Shown here: piece by piece, positions 1-8,327 of the stretch | Layout: the number at the start of each line of letters is the position of its first letter | How positions within the stretch are numbered: position 1 is the first letter of the stretch | Virus record (IMG/VR): IMGVR_UViG_3300008448_000046 | Coordinates: 56,388-76,387 of that record | From: an uncultured virus (IMG/VR IMGVR_UViG_3300008448_000046) | Taxonomy: Duplodnaviria; Heunggongvirae; Uroviricota; Caudoviricetes | DNA: 20,000 nucleotides | Direction: 5' to 3' (one strand) | Notes under the pieces: generated by a model | Databases searched by the model: none | What the model was told of the DNA's origin: nothing | What the model saw: the letters and a program-made list of their open reading frames with translations, nothing else | Program-made: the position numbers and the translations under genes

Positions 1-637
1 GAGGAGTAGCAAATGCACGACTAGCAGACTTAGGATCAAAATCATAAAGATCTTTTTTGCTGAAAGAAAGGAAACCAACGACATCCTTATTGATCTTATT
101 TTCAGTAGCCCAACCAAAGTAGTCGTCCCAGTCTACACGCATTTCCAAGTGAACAAAACGGTTCGCCAATGGAGCAGGCATACGATAAGTAACACCCTTG
201 TCGCTTTCGCGGTTACCAGCGGCAACTAGAAAAACATTGTCAGGCAATTCATATGTGCCAACACGACGATTAAGAATCAACTGATAGGCAGCAGCCTGTA
301 CTGTGGGCGCCGCAGAATTCATTTCGTCTAGGAACAAAATGACATTTTTATATTTTGATGCTAGTGCTTTACTGGGCAATTCAGATGGGGGAGCCCATGC
401 CATTGTACTATTGTTAGAATCAAAGTACGGAATACCTTTGATGTCAGTCGGCTCCCAGAGGCTCAAACGAACATCAATTACATGAGCATCAAGCTCGACG
501 CCCAACTGCTTAATAATGTCCGACTTACCGATACCCGGAGGTCCCCAAAGGAATACAGGACGCTTGTGCTTGAATGCTTTACGCAAACCTTTTTTAGCAG
601 CATTGGGTCCAACTTGTCGAGATGAGATTTCGCTCAT
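1..637 (-). CDS. MoxR-like AAA+ ATPase (partial, 3' end runs off the window)
   Basis: Not in the ORF track. Manual translation from ATG at 637 gives MSEISSRQVG..., Walker A GPPGIGKS, Walker B ILFLDEMN, then AAGNRESD and PAPLANRF. SD-like AAGGA lies upstream. Confidence 0.9.
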   Translation of the reverse strand, partial: MSEISSRQVGPNAAKKGLRKAFKHKRPVFLWGPPGIGKSDIIKQLGVELDAHVIDVRLSLWEPTDIKGIPYFDSNNSTMAWAPPSELPSKALASKYKNVILFLDEMNSAAPTVQAAAYQLILNRRVGTYELPDNVFLVAAGNRESDKGVTYRMPAPLANRFVHLEMRVDWDDYFGWATENKINKDVVGFLSFSKKDLYDFDPKSASRAFATP

Positions 638-683
638 TTATTATCCTTTAAAAAAATTGTGGTTAAATTGTGTTACAGTCAGT

Positions 684-712
684 ATTATATGACAGAGTTA
701 GGCAACTGTCAA
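684..712 (-). promoter_or_regulatory. Consensus sigma70 promoter for the AAA ATPase gene
   Basis: Minus strand reads TTGACA (712-707), 17-nt spacer, TATAAT (689-684) in an intergenic gap. Confidence 0.9.
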
Positions 713-719
713 ATACTTT

Positions 720-1115
720 TTAGCCATTTTGGACTTCTTCTCTGTTTTTCATAGCTTTAACCAATCCGTATTTTCGAATGTCGTCCGAAAACATGTAAAG
801 TTCAAAAGCTTTTTTTTCAGAAAAAACAACCAAATAACTGTTAGTAAGATAATAAGGACAATCAATATATCTATCAAAAAATATGATTGTTTGGGGACTT
901 AGTTCGATTGGTTCAGTGAACTTAACTTCGTAACTTCTTAACTCTAGCTCTTTGGTTAAGAAATCGTATCCTTCATCGGATAATCTCAATCCGCCTTCTT
1001 TTTTTGAACGGTGACTTTGCCACCATTTGAACATATGAATTTTTATGTTAGCAGGATCACAAGATTTTTCTTTTTGTTTAAGAAAAATTTTTGTGTATGT
1101 TTCCTTGGCTATCAT
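720..1115 (-). CDS. Hypothetical phage protein (131 aa)
   Basis: ORF in operon orientation with an ATGA overlap to the upstream gene. Confidence 0.8.
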   Translation of the reverse strand: MIAKETYTKIFLKQKEKSCDPANIKIHMFKWWQSHRSKKEGGLRLSDEGYDFLTKELELRSYEVKFTEPIELSPQTIIFFDRYIDCPYYLTNSYLVVFSEKKAFELYMFSDDIRKYGLVKAMKNREEVQNG

Positions 1116-1396
1116 TTAACTGGATCGCCGGATGTTAATTTATAAACTTGAAAATCTTTACAATTAAACATTTGATTTAATTTTTTAGCAAGATTGTGTG
1201 CATGTCCGGGGTTACTAAAACTGACTTTTTTATATTTTGGTCCAGGGTAACTAGTTAAACTATTAAAACTTTTTAAATTGAAAGGACTACCTTTATAGAA
1301 GACAGCCCAAACTGCTTCTGCTTCTAAAATTTGATCGCATTTATAATTTTTTTTATTTACTTGTTCCAGAAGAACTTTTGGTTTTGGTCTCGACAT
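1112..1396 (-). CDS. Hypothetical basic phage protein (94 aa)
   Basis: ORF with a GGAG SD, preceded by an ATAAATA late-type motif and a hairpin. Confidence 0.85.
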   Translation of the reverse strand: MSRPKPKVLLEQVNKKNYKCDQILEAEAVWAVFYKGSPFNLKSFNSLTSYPGPKYKKVSFSNPGHAHNLAKKLNQMFNCKDFQVYKLTSGDPVK

Positions 1397-1429
1397 ATAT
1401 ACGTCTCCGAAATGTACGTATATATTTAT
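1395..1429 (-). promoter_or_regulatory. Late-promoter-like ATAAATA overlapping a hairpin that covers the translation start
   Basis: Perfect 10-bp inverted repeat ATATATACGT (1395-1404) / ACGTATATAT (1416-1425). ATAAATA on the minus strand at 1429-1423. Confidence 0.65.
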
Positions 1430-1440
1430 CCATTTTTTAG

Positions 1441-1677
1441 TTAAAAACCACCACCGTCCATTTTTATAGTAACCGATTCTCCAGATGTTTTTTGTAGTGC
1501 AGAAAGAACTTCTGTATAGTCTTGCAGCAGTTTAGCACTAATTTCACCTAAACAAAATGCTAAATTTTTAGCAGTTTTTATATCTAACTTAATTTCTCTT
1601 TGTTGGCTTAGTTCTGCAGCCCTTACCTGTTGTATAAACTGCTGAATAGGTAATGTGTTAATAGTATTATTTTGCAT
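1441..1677 (-). CDS. Hypothetical phage protein (78 aa)
   Basis: ORF in operon orientation overlapping the upstream gene end. Confidence 0.75.
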   Translation of the reverse strand: MQNNTINTLPIQQFIQQVRAAELSQQREIKLDIKTAKNLAFCLGEISAKLLQDYTEVLSALQKTSGESVTIKMDGGGF

Positions 1678-2137
1678 GACTAAGTACCTGTTTCATTTCT
1701 AATTCAGTTTTAAAAGGTCCTCTGGATTCATATCTTTCAATAGTGATTAGTTTAGGACAGAACGATTTTACCCATCCTTTATCAAATCTAATGGTATAAT
1801 ATCCTGCACAGTATAAACTTTTACTTTGACTACTCTTTGTAAACAAAGGTAATTTTCTCTTAATATCAAAAAGAGGATTGTATGGATGACATGGTGTAGG
1901 AAATCCGTAAACATCTCTTACTTCTATTGAAGAGATTTTAGTTTTGATAGATTTTCCAAAGAAATCTTTTCCAAAAATTTTAGTTAGTTCGTCTTTACGA
2001 TTAAAATATTTTTCGCCGTCTTTGGAACTTAACATAAACTTGTTGTTTTCTTTTTTATGTAAGATAGCAACCTTTTCACCATCTTTTTCTATTATCCAAT
2101 ACTTTCCTTCTATAATGGGTTTAGCTTTTAAATTCAT
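1667..2137 (-). CDS. Hypothetical phage protein (156 aa)
   Basis: ORF with AAGGA SD in operon orientation. Confidence 0.8.
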   Translation of the reverse strand: MNLKAKPIIEGKYWIIEKDGEKVAILHKKENNKFMLSSKDGEKYFNRKDELTKIFGKDFFGKSIKTKISSIEVRDVYGFPTPCHPYNPLFDIKRKLPLFTKSSQSKSLYCAGYYTIRFDKGWVKSFCPKLITIERYESRGPFKTELEMKQVLSHAK

Positions 2138-2154
2138 TTGTATCCTTTATAGAT

Positions 2155-3159
2155 TTAAATTAGTTCAACTTCTTTACTAGTATATTTGGCAGCGAATGGT
2201 TCTGCATATTGTTGAATGTTGTCTGAAATTTTTTGTAAGTCAAATAAATTACAAAATTTTAACATTCGAATTCCAACTTGGTCAATTTTCTTAGGAGAAC
2301 TAGTCTGTGCATGAATAGTTTCTTTAATCAAAGATCTAATATGATCAGGTTGTGCAGTTAGATCACAGAGCTGTACATTTCTATTATAGTCGTCGAGCAC
2401 TCTATGTTCAACACCGTTATGATCCATCCAACGTTGTAACATGAGATTGTTCCACGCGAATCCTTTTGAGTTTCTATCTTCAAACGCTTCTGTTAGTCCT
2501 ACTTTATTTTTTGTTCCTTTAACGCGAACTCCTGGGTATGCTGAAAACACATTATCGCTTGTATCACCTCGCATACATTTTTCGAATAGCAGCCATTGTG
2601 GATTAGGTGCCGGCTTCGGCTGCTTAGTTTTTTTATCAATTACTTCTTTTCCTCGATCGTCAAAATATCCTTTGTGCGTAGTAGTTACATTTGCTACGCC
2701 GTTGTATTGCCGAACAGTTGGAGAAATTAGTTGTGCAAAGTCGCTGTCAGTGCTAATAATAACATGACTGTCGTGAGGATGACTTTGTATCCATCCTGCA
2801 ATAAGATCATCTGCTTCTAACTGTGGGTGTTGTAACACAGTACAATTAGATTTCTCAGTAATGAATTCCTTAAACTTATCAAAGGTTTCCCAAAAGAGTT
2901 TATCTTCTTCTGCTTCTTTTGGAGTCATAGCAGCTCGAGTTTCGGCTCTATTAGCCTTATAGGGCGTATAAACGTCTTTACGCCATGATCGACCTTCAAG
3001 ACAGAATACAACATGCTTGCCCTCAAAATCTTGCCAGGCCTTTTTAATACTGTTAAAAGTAATATGGAGAGCCATACCAAGTTTAGTATCAGCATCTCCA
3101 CGAACTACGTGCCTAGCACGGAAAAATGTATTAGCAGTATCTACTAGAATATATGTCAT
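2155..3159 (-). CDS. rnh: 5'-3' exonuclease / T4 RNase H-like flap endonuclease
   Basis: FEN/PIN-fold acidic motifs LVDTAN, YKANR, EADDLI, STDSDFAQL and RGDTSDNV. Confidence 0.88.
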   Translation of the reverse strand: MTYILVDTANTFFRARHVVRGDADTKLGMALHITFNSIKKAWQDFEGKHVVFCLEGRSWRKDVYTPYKANRAETRAAMTPKEAEEDKLFWETFDKFKEFITEKSNCTVLQHPQLEADDLIAGWIQSHPHDSHVIISTDSDFAQLISPTVRQYNGVANVTTTHKGYFDDRGKEVIDKKTKQPKPAPNPQWLLFEKCMRGDTSDNVFSAYPGVRVKGTKNKVGLTEAFEDRNSKGFAWNNLMLQRWMDHNGVEHRVLDDYNRNVQLCDLTAQPDHIRSLIKETIHAQTSSPKKIDQVGIRMLKFCNLFDLQKISDNIQQYAEPFAAKYTSKEVELI

Positions 3160-3605
3160 GAAACTTCTAATTTGCCTTTTGAAATTGGAACAACGTTAAT
3201 ATATCCGGCTCCTCGAGTAATATCTTGACCTTCTTCGGCTAAGATATTACGAGCAAGGTCACGGAACCATAAATCAACAACAAGCTCGTCTGGATCACCA
3301 TCTAAACCATAACCCGCTTGTCTTAATTGTACAATAAAGTATTCGTTCCAGTCAAGTTCAAAAAAGCCATTTCTAGGATTTTCTGGATTGACCTTAGTAT
3401 CTAAAACAGCAATATAAGGTTCTTGGTTAGCAGTAGCTCGTTCTTTTGGCGTCATTTTAGCCAATTCTTCTTGTTGACGAGCTTCTTCTTCTGCCTTTTT
3501 AGCTGCTTCTTCGCTAGCTTTAGCTTCAGCTAAACGAGCTAATGATTCAGCTCTTTCTTTTTCTAATCGTTCGATGCCCGTTATTTTTTTAATAAAGTTT
3601 TTCAT
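3156..3605 (-). CDS. Hypothetical protein with an N-terminal charged coiled coil
   Basis: Likely start is ATG at 3605, a TAATG overlap with the queE stop. Ala/Glu/Lys-rich helix followed by a globular region (NGFFELDWNEYF). Confidence 0.8.
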   Translation of the reverse strand: MKNFIKKITGIERLEKERAESLARLAEAKASEEAAKKAEEEARQQEELAKMTPKERATANQEPYIAVLDTKVNPENPRNGFFELDWNEYFIVQLRQAGYGLDGDPDELVVDLWFRDLARNILAEEGQDITRGAGYINVVPISKGKLEVS

Positions 3606-4462
3606 TAGGTTCCCCATTCGTTTTTAAATAACGGCACTTGAAGTCGATCACTGTACCGCCATCCTTTTTGCATTGCCATCTGTGCCACTGTTCTATTATT
3701 AAGATTGTACACCCGTTCAACACCCCCGACAGGCATAAGATAAATGTGACCTTCGAAACCGTTATCGCGATATTCTTGAACTGCCTGTTCTGCATCTTTA
3801 AGATCCTCTTCAGTGGCGACTACGAATTTTAGATAAGTGTGTCCTAGTTCTTCATATTCTCTAACGATATCTGGACGTATAGCGTCTTCTTTCTTCTCTC
3901 CGCTTACACCTAGTTTTGGACTCACGCTAAACGTAAGATTGTGATACCCTTGTTTGTGTGTCCACTTTTCTAAGTACTTTCTAAAATCTTTAGATATTTC
4001 TTGAGTACCATTTGTTTCAAATGTTATATCTTTTAATTTTTTCATTTTATCGTGACTTAACAAATCTGGATAAGCACGTTGCCAACCTAGCAAAGGTTCA
4101 CCGCCTGTAATAACAAGATGCTCACTGCGCCATTTATTATAAGGAAGTAATTCCATTATTCTATCAACTATAGCATCTACAGTTAGCATAGGGCTTAGAT
4201 CTTTAAATGCTGGATGCCAACTTGCATAACTATCACAGCCTGTAGTAACTAACGGCAGTTCTTCGTACTTATGAAAAGATTCAATATTGGCATGTGTATA
4301 TGCAATATCATCTGCTTCAATACTAATCTCACCGCGTGGCATACCAAATCCGGCGCATTTAAAATTACAACCGTATGTACGTAAGAAAACAGAAGGAACA
4401 CCCATAAAGCGTCCTTCGCCTTGTATGCTATAAAAAAGCTCTGCTATTTTTATTTTACTCAT
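3605..4462 (-). CDS. queE: 7-carboxy-7-deazaguanine synthase (radical SAM, QueE-like)
   Basis: ELFYSIQGEG...PSVFLRTYGCNFKC...GCDS, VITGGEPLL, FETNGT, SVSPKL and C-terminal RLQV are QueE family signatures. The gene clusters with folE. Confidence 0.88.
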   Translation of the reverse strand: MSKIKIAELFYSIQGEGRFMGVPSVFLRTYGCNFKCAGFGMPRGEISIEADDIAYTHANIESFHKYEELPLVTTGCDSYASWHPAFKDLSPMLTVDAIVDRIMELLPYNKWRSEHLVITGGEPLLGWQRAYPDLLSHDKMKKLKDITFETNGTQEISKDFRKYLEKWTHKQGYHNLTFSVSPKLGVSGEKKEDAIRPDIVREYEELGHTYLKFVVATEEDLKDAEQAVQEYRDNGFEGHIYLMPVGGVERVYNLNNRTVAQMAMQKGWRYSDRLQVPLFKNEWGT

Positions 4463-4808
4463 CTTTTTTCTTTCTAATATAACTTTCTCTTAATTTGTCT
4501 ACATATTCTATAGAAGATTTTAAAACTTCAGAATAATTAAGAGCTTGTTGTGTTGTAAGAGAAATCGACGACTCTGTCTCTATATAGCCCTTAGTTAATA
4601 ATATCCAAATTTGTTTTAGTCGATTAATAGACCACCATTTAGATTTAACTGTGGTATAGATTGTAATATCTATACCTATGTCGCTGGCTTCTACCCAAAG
4701 ATCGTGAGAATGATTTGCATCGTGACAATTACAGGCAATACGGTAAGACACTGAGTCCCCCCATTCGCCCGTTTTATAAATTCCTTCTGCAGGTATCTGC
4801 GGTGTCAT
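4455..4808 (-). CDS. Hypothetical protein (117 aa) with a CxC...H motif
   Basis: Coupled ORF. ACNCHDANHSH may bind metal (inference). Confidence 0.75.
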   Translation of the reverse strand: MTPQIPAEGIYKTGEWGDSVSYRIACNCHDANHSHDLWVEASDIGIDITIYTTVKSKWWSINRLKQIWILLTKGYIETESSISLTTQQALNYSEVLKSSIEYVDKLRESYIRKKKDE

Positions 4809-5110
4809 TGCTTTAATACCTCTAATGTGGCTATCTTAGCTATTTTCTCTCCAAAGTCTTCATCCTTACCAATAACATACATCTGATTATGACTACGATC
4901 ACTGTTACGATCATGATATCTAAATTCTACTACTTTACCGCCAACAGCATTGTATACAGTAAACTGTAAAACAGCATCGCTATTCAATTGACGAGTTTCA
5001 TAAACACTGTTAGGAATACCAATGCCTAAAGATTGTGATTTTTCCATACCGGCGTCCCACGCTTCCTTAGACCAATCTCTGAATTTTTTCTTAAACCATT
5101 TTTTAATCAT
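4805..5110 (-). CDS. Hypothetical phage protein (101 aa)
   Basis: Coupled ORF overlapping both neighbours. Confidence 0.75.
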   Translation of the reverse strand: MIKKWFKKKFRDWSKEAWDAGMEKSQSLGIGIPNSVYETRQLNSDAVLQFTVYNAVGGKVVEFRYHDRNSDRSHNQMYVIGKDEDFGEKIAKIATLEVLKQ

Positions 5111-5321
5111 CGTTCATTCCTGCAATAAATTCGCTAACGCGACGTTCTGCTTCTTCTCTATCAACAGCCATTAATGTTACTGTCAATACATTGTTTTTGT
5201 CAAGCTTAACATCATACGGCATCTTGCCATTAAGAACAAATCCTTCGGAGACATTACGTACTACTTTGTACTCTCTAAGATTTTTCATCCTATGAATAAC
5301 ATCTTCGACTTTTTTGTCCAT
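5103..5321 (-). CDS. Hypothetical phage protein (72 aa)
   Basis: TAATG-coupled ORF. Confidence 0.72.
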   Translation of the reverse strand: MDKKVEDVIHRMKNLREYKVVRNVSEGFVLNGKMPYDVKLDKNNVLTVTLMAVDREEAERRVSEFIAGMNDD

Positions 5322-5509
5322 TACTCTCTTTCCATTGATGAAACTTCAGTAACTATAGAAACTACCTGTTCTAAATTTTGACAAAGTACTTTAGCAGTTG
5401 CCCAGTCGCCGTCGGAATTACGTCCCGACACTTCTACCATAAATCCGTTGTCATACATATTGATAGTAAAACTATCTCCTACTTTTGCTAGCTTGTCGCC
5501 TATATTCAT
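5321..5509 (-). CDS. Hypothetical phage protein (62 aa)
   Basis: Strong AAGGAG SD upstream, coupled to the downstream gene. Confidence 0.75.
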   Translation of the reverse strand: MNIGDKLAKVGDSFTINMYDNGFMVEVSGRNSDGDWATAKVLCQNLEQVVSIVTEVSSMERE

Positions 5510-5510
5510 T

Positions 5511-5789
5511 TTATTTCTCCTTGTTTAATAAATTACGATAGTTGCATAGATCATCTATTAACGGCGAATGCCCCCATAATAAAAATTCTTCGGCAGTCCA
5601 TCCAATATAGTAATCGTTAGCTTCTCTTCTTTCGGGCCACCAGTCGACAGGAAATTCCTCATCTCCTAGTAGATCCCATTTTTCTCCATTTATAATTTGA
5701 AAACTAAATTGTTCTTCAAGTGTTCCTGTTAAACAAAGATACTGATCTTCATCTACTTCTATTATATCATCTTTGTTAATTAAAGTCAC
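5511..5789 (-). CDS. Hypothetical acidic protein (start uncertain)
   Basis: Fills the gap after folE. The GTG start has no clear SD, and an out-of-frame ATG sits at 5806. Confidence 0.6.
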   Translation of the reverse strand: MTLINKDDIIEVDEDQYLCLTGTLEEQFSFQIINGEKWDLLGDEEFPVDWWPERREANDYYIGWTAEEFLLWGHSPLIDDLCNYRNLLNKEK

Positions 5790-5810
5790 ATTTAAGTTTC
5801 TTTCATTTTA

Positions 5811-6575
5811 TTATCTTGGAGCAAAATCTTGTTGTAGTTTGATGTTATCAAAGAATTCTTTTTTAGTGCCTTGATCATCTTTGAACGCACCTTTTAATAC
5901 TGTAGTCTGTGTAAGACTACTATGTGCCATAATACCTCGATTCTCACAGCAGCCATGTGTGGCCTGAATGTACACACCTACATCTTTAGCGTCAGTAGCT
6001 CGACTAATTTCTCTTGCAATATCGTTGGCCAGTTCTTCTTGTAGAGTACCGCGTCTAGCACACCATTGAGCGATTCGAGTGTACTTAGATAAGCCAATAA
6101 GTTTATTAGCAGCAATGATACCAATATATGCTACACCATTAACTGGTTGATGATGATGACTACACATACTTCTTAATTCGCTACGTACTACTAACATTCC
6201 TTCATATCGTTCTTCTGAATCGTTAGGAAATGCTGTACAGTCCGGCGCCGGGTCATATCTTCCTGCCATTATTTCGTTGAAATACATTTTAGCAAGCCTG
6301 CGGGCTGTGCCTTTACTGTTAGGATCGTTTTCGCGATCAATCAGCAGTGTGTCTAGTACACCTTCAAATGCTTCTGTAGCTTCATTAATTAAGTGCTCTT
6401 TGTCGCTGTCATGAAGATAGTCGCTGATATTGTCTCCTGCCCAGAAACGCTTTCCTTCTCTTTTCATTTTAGCACGTAGTACAGCAGATAATGTTGATTC
6501 TTGGTAGCCACCATCTCCGGCCATAGCATCTAAGCCAGTCTCGTCGTTGCTTTCATACATTTTGTTATATACCAT
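5811..6575 (-). CDS. folE: GTP cyclohydrolase I
   Basis: TARRLAKMY, SMCSHH (Zn ligands), GLSKYTR, LQEE, HGCCENRG. AAGGA SD. Confidence 0.95.
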   Translation of the reverse strand: MVYNKMYESNDETGLDAMAGDGGYQESTLSAVLRAKMKREGKRFWAGDNISDYLHDSDKEHLINEATEAFEGVLDTLLIDRENDPNSKGTARRLAKMYFNEIMAGRYDPAPDCTAFPNDSEERYEGMLVVRSELRSMCSHHHQPVNGVAYIGIIAANKLIGLSKYTRIAQWCARRGTLQEELANDIAREISRATDAKDVGVYIQATHGCCENRGIMAHSSLTQTTVLKGAFKDDQGTKKEFFDNIKLQQDFAPR

Positions 6576-6593
6576 AAGTTTTCCTTTATTGCT

Positions 6594-6622
6594 ATTTTAC
6601 AATGTTATTTAGGTTTAGTCAA
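6594..6622 (-). promoter_or_regulatory. Sigma70-type promoter upstream of folE with an embedded CTAAATA
   Basis: TTGACT (6622-6617), 17 nt, TAAAAT (6599-6594). CTAAATA at 6612-6606 lies in the spacer. Confidence 0.65.
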
Positions 6623-7402
6623 CCTTAAAAGAGTATTTTTCTTTACGGCTGCATCAAGAGTATTTAGGTTTACACTATGATCATCTGCATATTTTAATAG
6701 TGCTTCTGTATCTTTAGGAAAACATGCTCCACCGAACCCATAATACTTGTCAGGCCCGGGCACTTGCATATGACTATCGCCTATGCGCTTGTCCATATTA
6801 ATCAAATTAGACAGTTGCCTCCAATTGTAACCTTTCTTATCGGATAATTGATATAGTTCATTCATAAAGACAACTTTTGTAGCAAGGAAACTGTTAATGG
6901 AATATTTGACAAATGCTGCTTCACCGATACCGCATAGTTCAATATGCCTAAGTTCGGTTTGCAGTTGTTTAATAATTCTTATTGCTTCTCTTTGATAAGC
7001 ACCAACAGTGCCGCCAACTATAGTCCATTCTGCTCTAGCAAAGTCTGTTATACCAGATGAGGCTCTAAGAAATTCTGGAACGTAAACTAAATTAGGTAAC
7101 AGTTTACCCCAGTCTTCGTAAAAGTCTGGCGGCGCAGTTACTTTACTAATAATAGTTCCAGTAAATCCAAATTGCAATTCTTTTAAAACACTCTCAATAA
7201 TACTAGTATCACATTGTCCGTCTGCACCTTGCGGACTTGGGACACATATAAACACACAAGAACATTCTTTTTTTAGATCATAGTAAGTTGTGTTCCATCC
7301 CTTGGCTGGATCAATAATAACTGCTTGAAATGGAGGCACTATGCTTTGTGCTATTGCTTCTCCAACATAGCCATGACCAATAATTCCTATTTTTTCATAC
7401 AT
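6605..7402 (-). CDS. UDP-glucose/GDP-mannose dehydrogenase family protein (short form)
   Basis: Rossmann GHGYVG, ICVPSP, PEFLR, KYSINSFLATKVVFMNE, DKRIG and GFGGACFPKD with the catalytic Cys. At 265 aa it lacks the usual C-terminal domain. Confidence 0.88.
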   Translation of the reverse strand: MYEKIGIIGHGYVGEAIAQSIVPPFQAVIIDPAKGWNTTYYDLKKECSCVFICVPSPQGADGQCDTSIIESVLKELQFGFTGTIISKVTAPPDFYEDWGKLLPNLVYVPEFLRASSGITDFARAEWTIVGGTVGAYQREAIRIIKQLQTELRHIELCGIGEAAFVKYSINSFLATKVVFMNELYQLSDKKGYNWRQLSNLINMDKRIGDSHMQVPGPDKYYGFGGACFPKDTEALLKYADDHSVNLNTLDAAVKKNTLLRLTKPK

Positions 7403-7626
7403 TACAAATACTCGCTTAATAATATTTCACATAATACACGATCTTTTTCTGATTTAAATGTAAATGTCATAAAGTGTGTAGTAGGATGACTAGTATATCT
7501 GTGACCAGGTAATCCAAATACTTCCATTACCTTAGCACAGATTTCAGTCCACGGCATATCAGGGTGCTGCCAATTGATCCATACTGTGTGTGGATTTTTT
7601 ATAGTTTCCTTTTTCGGGTATAACAT
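7402..7626 (-). CDS. Hypothetical phage protein
   Basis: ATG at 7626 follows GAGGTGGAG inside the HIT gene 3' end. Its stop is coupled (TAATG) to the dehydrogenase start. Confidence 0.7.
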   Translation of the reverse strand: MLYPKKETIKNPHTVWINWQHPDMPWTEICAKVMEVFGLPGHRYTSHPTTHFMTFTFKSEKDRVLCEILLSEYL

Positions 7627-7963
7627 GTCTAACTCCACCTCTTGGATCCTCCATATCGCCTATACGTCGTGGTATCATGTGTACGTGGGGATACATCACT
7701 GTTTGTCCAGCTGCTTCTCCAACATTTTGGCCGATGTTAAAAGCATCCCACCTTTCAGCTTCAACACCCTCGTGTCCGAACTTGTAGGCTGCTTTGTAGC
7801 ATTCCCAGAGATTGTTCCAGTTTTCTTGGGTAGGCACAAATAACAAATGCCCTTCGGTAACTGCATAAGCGTCTCTGAAGACCCAGAAGTCTTTGGTTCT
7901 GTACTCGATTTCTGTCCACGGTGCTCTTTTTTCATTTAAGGCCTTTTCAATATCTGTCAGCAT
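7559..7963 (-). CDS. HIT-family nucleotide hydrolase
   Basis: DAYAVTEGHLLFVP, FNIGQNVGEAAGQTVMYPHVHMIPRR. The first His of the triad is replaced by Tyr. Confidence 0.9.
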   Translation of the reverse strand: MLTDIEKALNEKRAPWTEIEYRTKDFWVFRDAYAVTEGHLLFVPTQENWNNLWECYKAAYKFGHEGVEAERWDAFNIGQNVGEAAGQTVMYPHVHMIPRRIGDMEDPRGGVRHVIPEKGNYKKSTHSMDQLAAP

Positions 7964-8327
7964 ACTCGTTCCAAACCATATTCATTAATGTAGAATAATT
8001 ATCCCAGGCCTTTTTAACAGCAGGGTTATTATTTCTTGCTTTAATCTCAATCATTTCTTTACGCTTTATATGATTGATGTAATCTTGATCTCCACGAGAT
8101 TTAACAATTACGTCATTCATTCTTTGATCAATTTCGGCTAAGGCATGAAAGTTATCTTTAGGTATTAGAATATCATAACACTCTAAATCTTCTGTAGCAA
8201 AATAAAAATCATGTGCATCCTGATAAGTGCTAACCTGTGGTGGTTTAGCCTTTCTAATAGTGCGTGAACTAGGCCTCAATTGAATATCCCAATTACAGCA
8301 GAAACGATCTAGTTCTTTATTATCCAC
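7947..8327 (-). CDS. Hypothetical protein with a C-terminal NPAVKKAW helix motif
   Basis: Coupled ORF in operon orientation. Confidence 0.75.
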   Translation of the reverse strand: MDNKELDRFCCNWDIQLRPSSRTIRKAKPPQVSTYQDAHDFYFATEDLECYDILIPKDNFHALAEIDQRMNDVIVKSRGDQDYINHIKRKEMIEIKARNNNPAVKKAWDNYSTLMNMVWNEYADRY

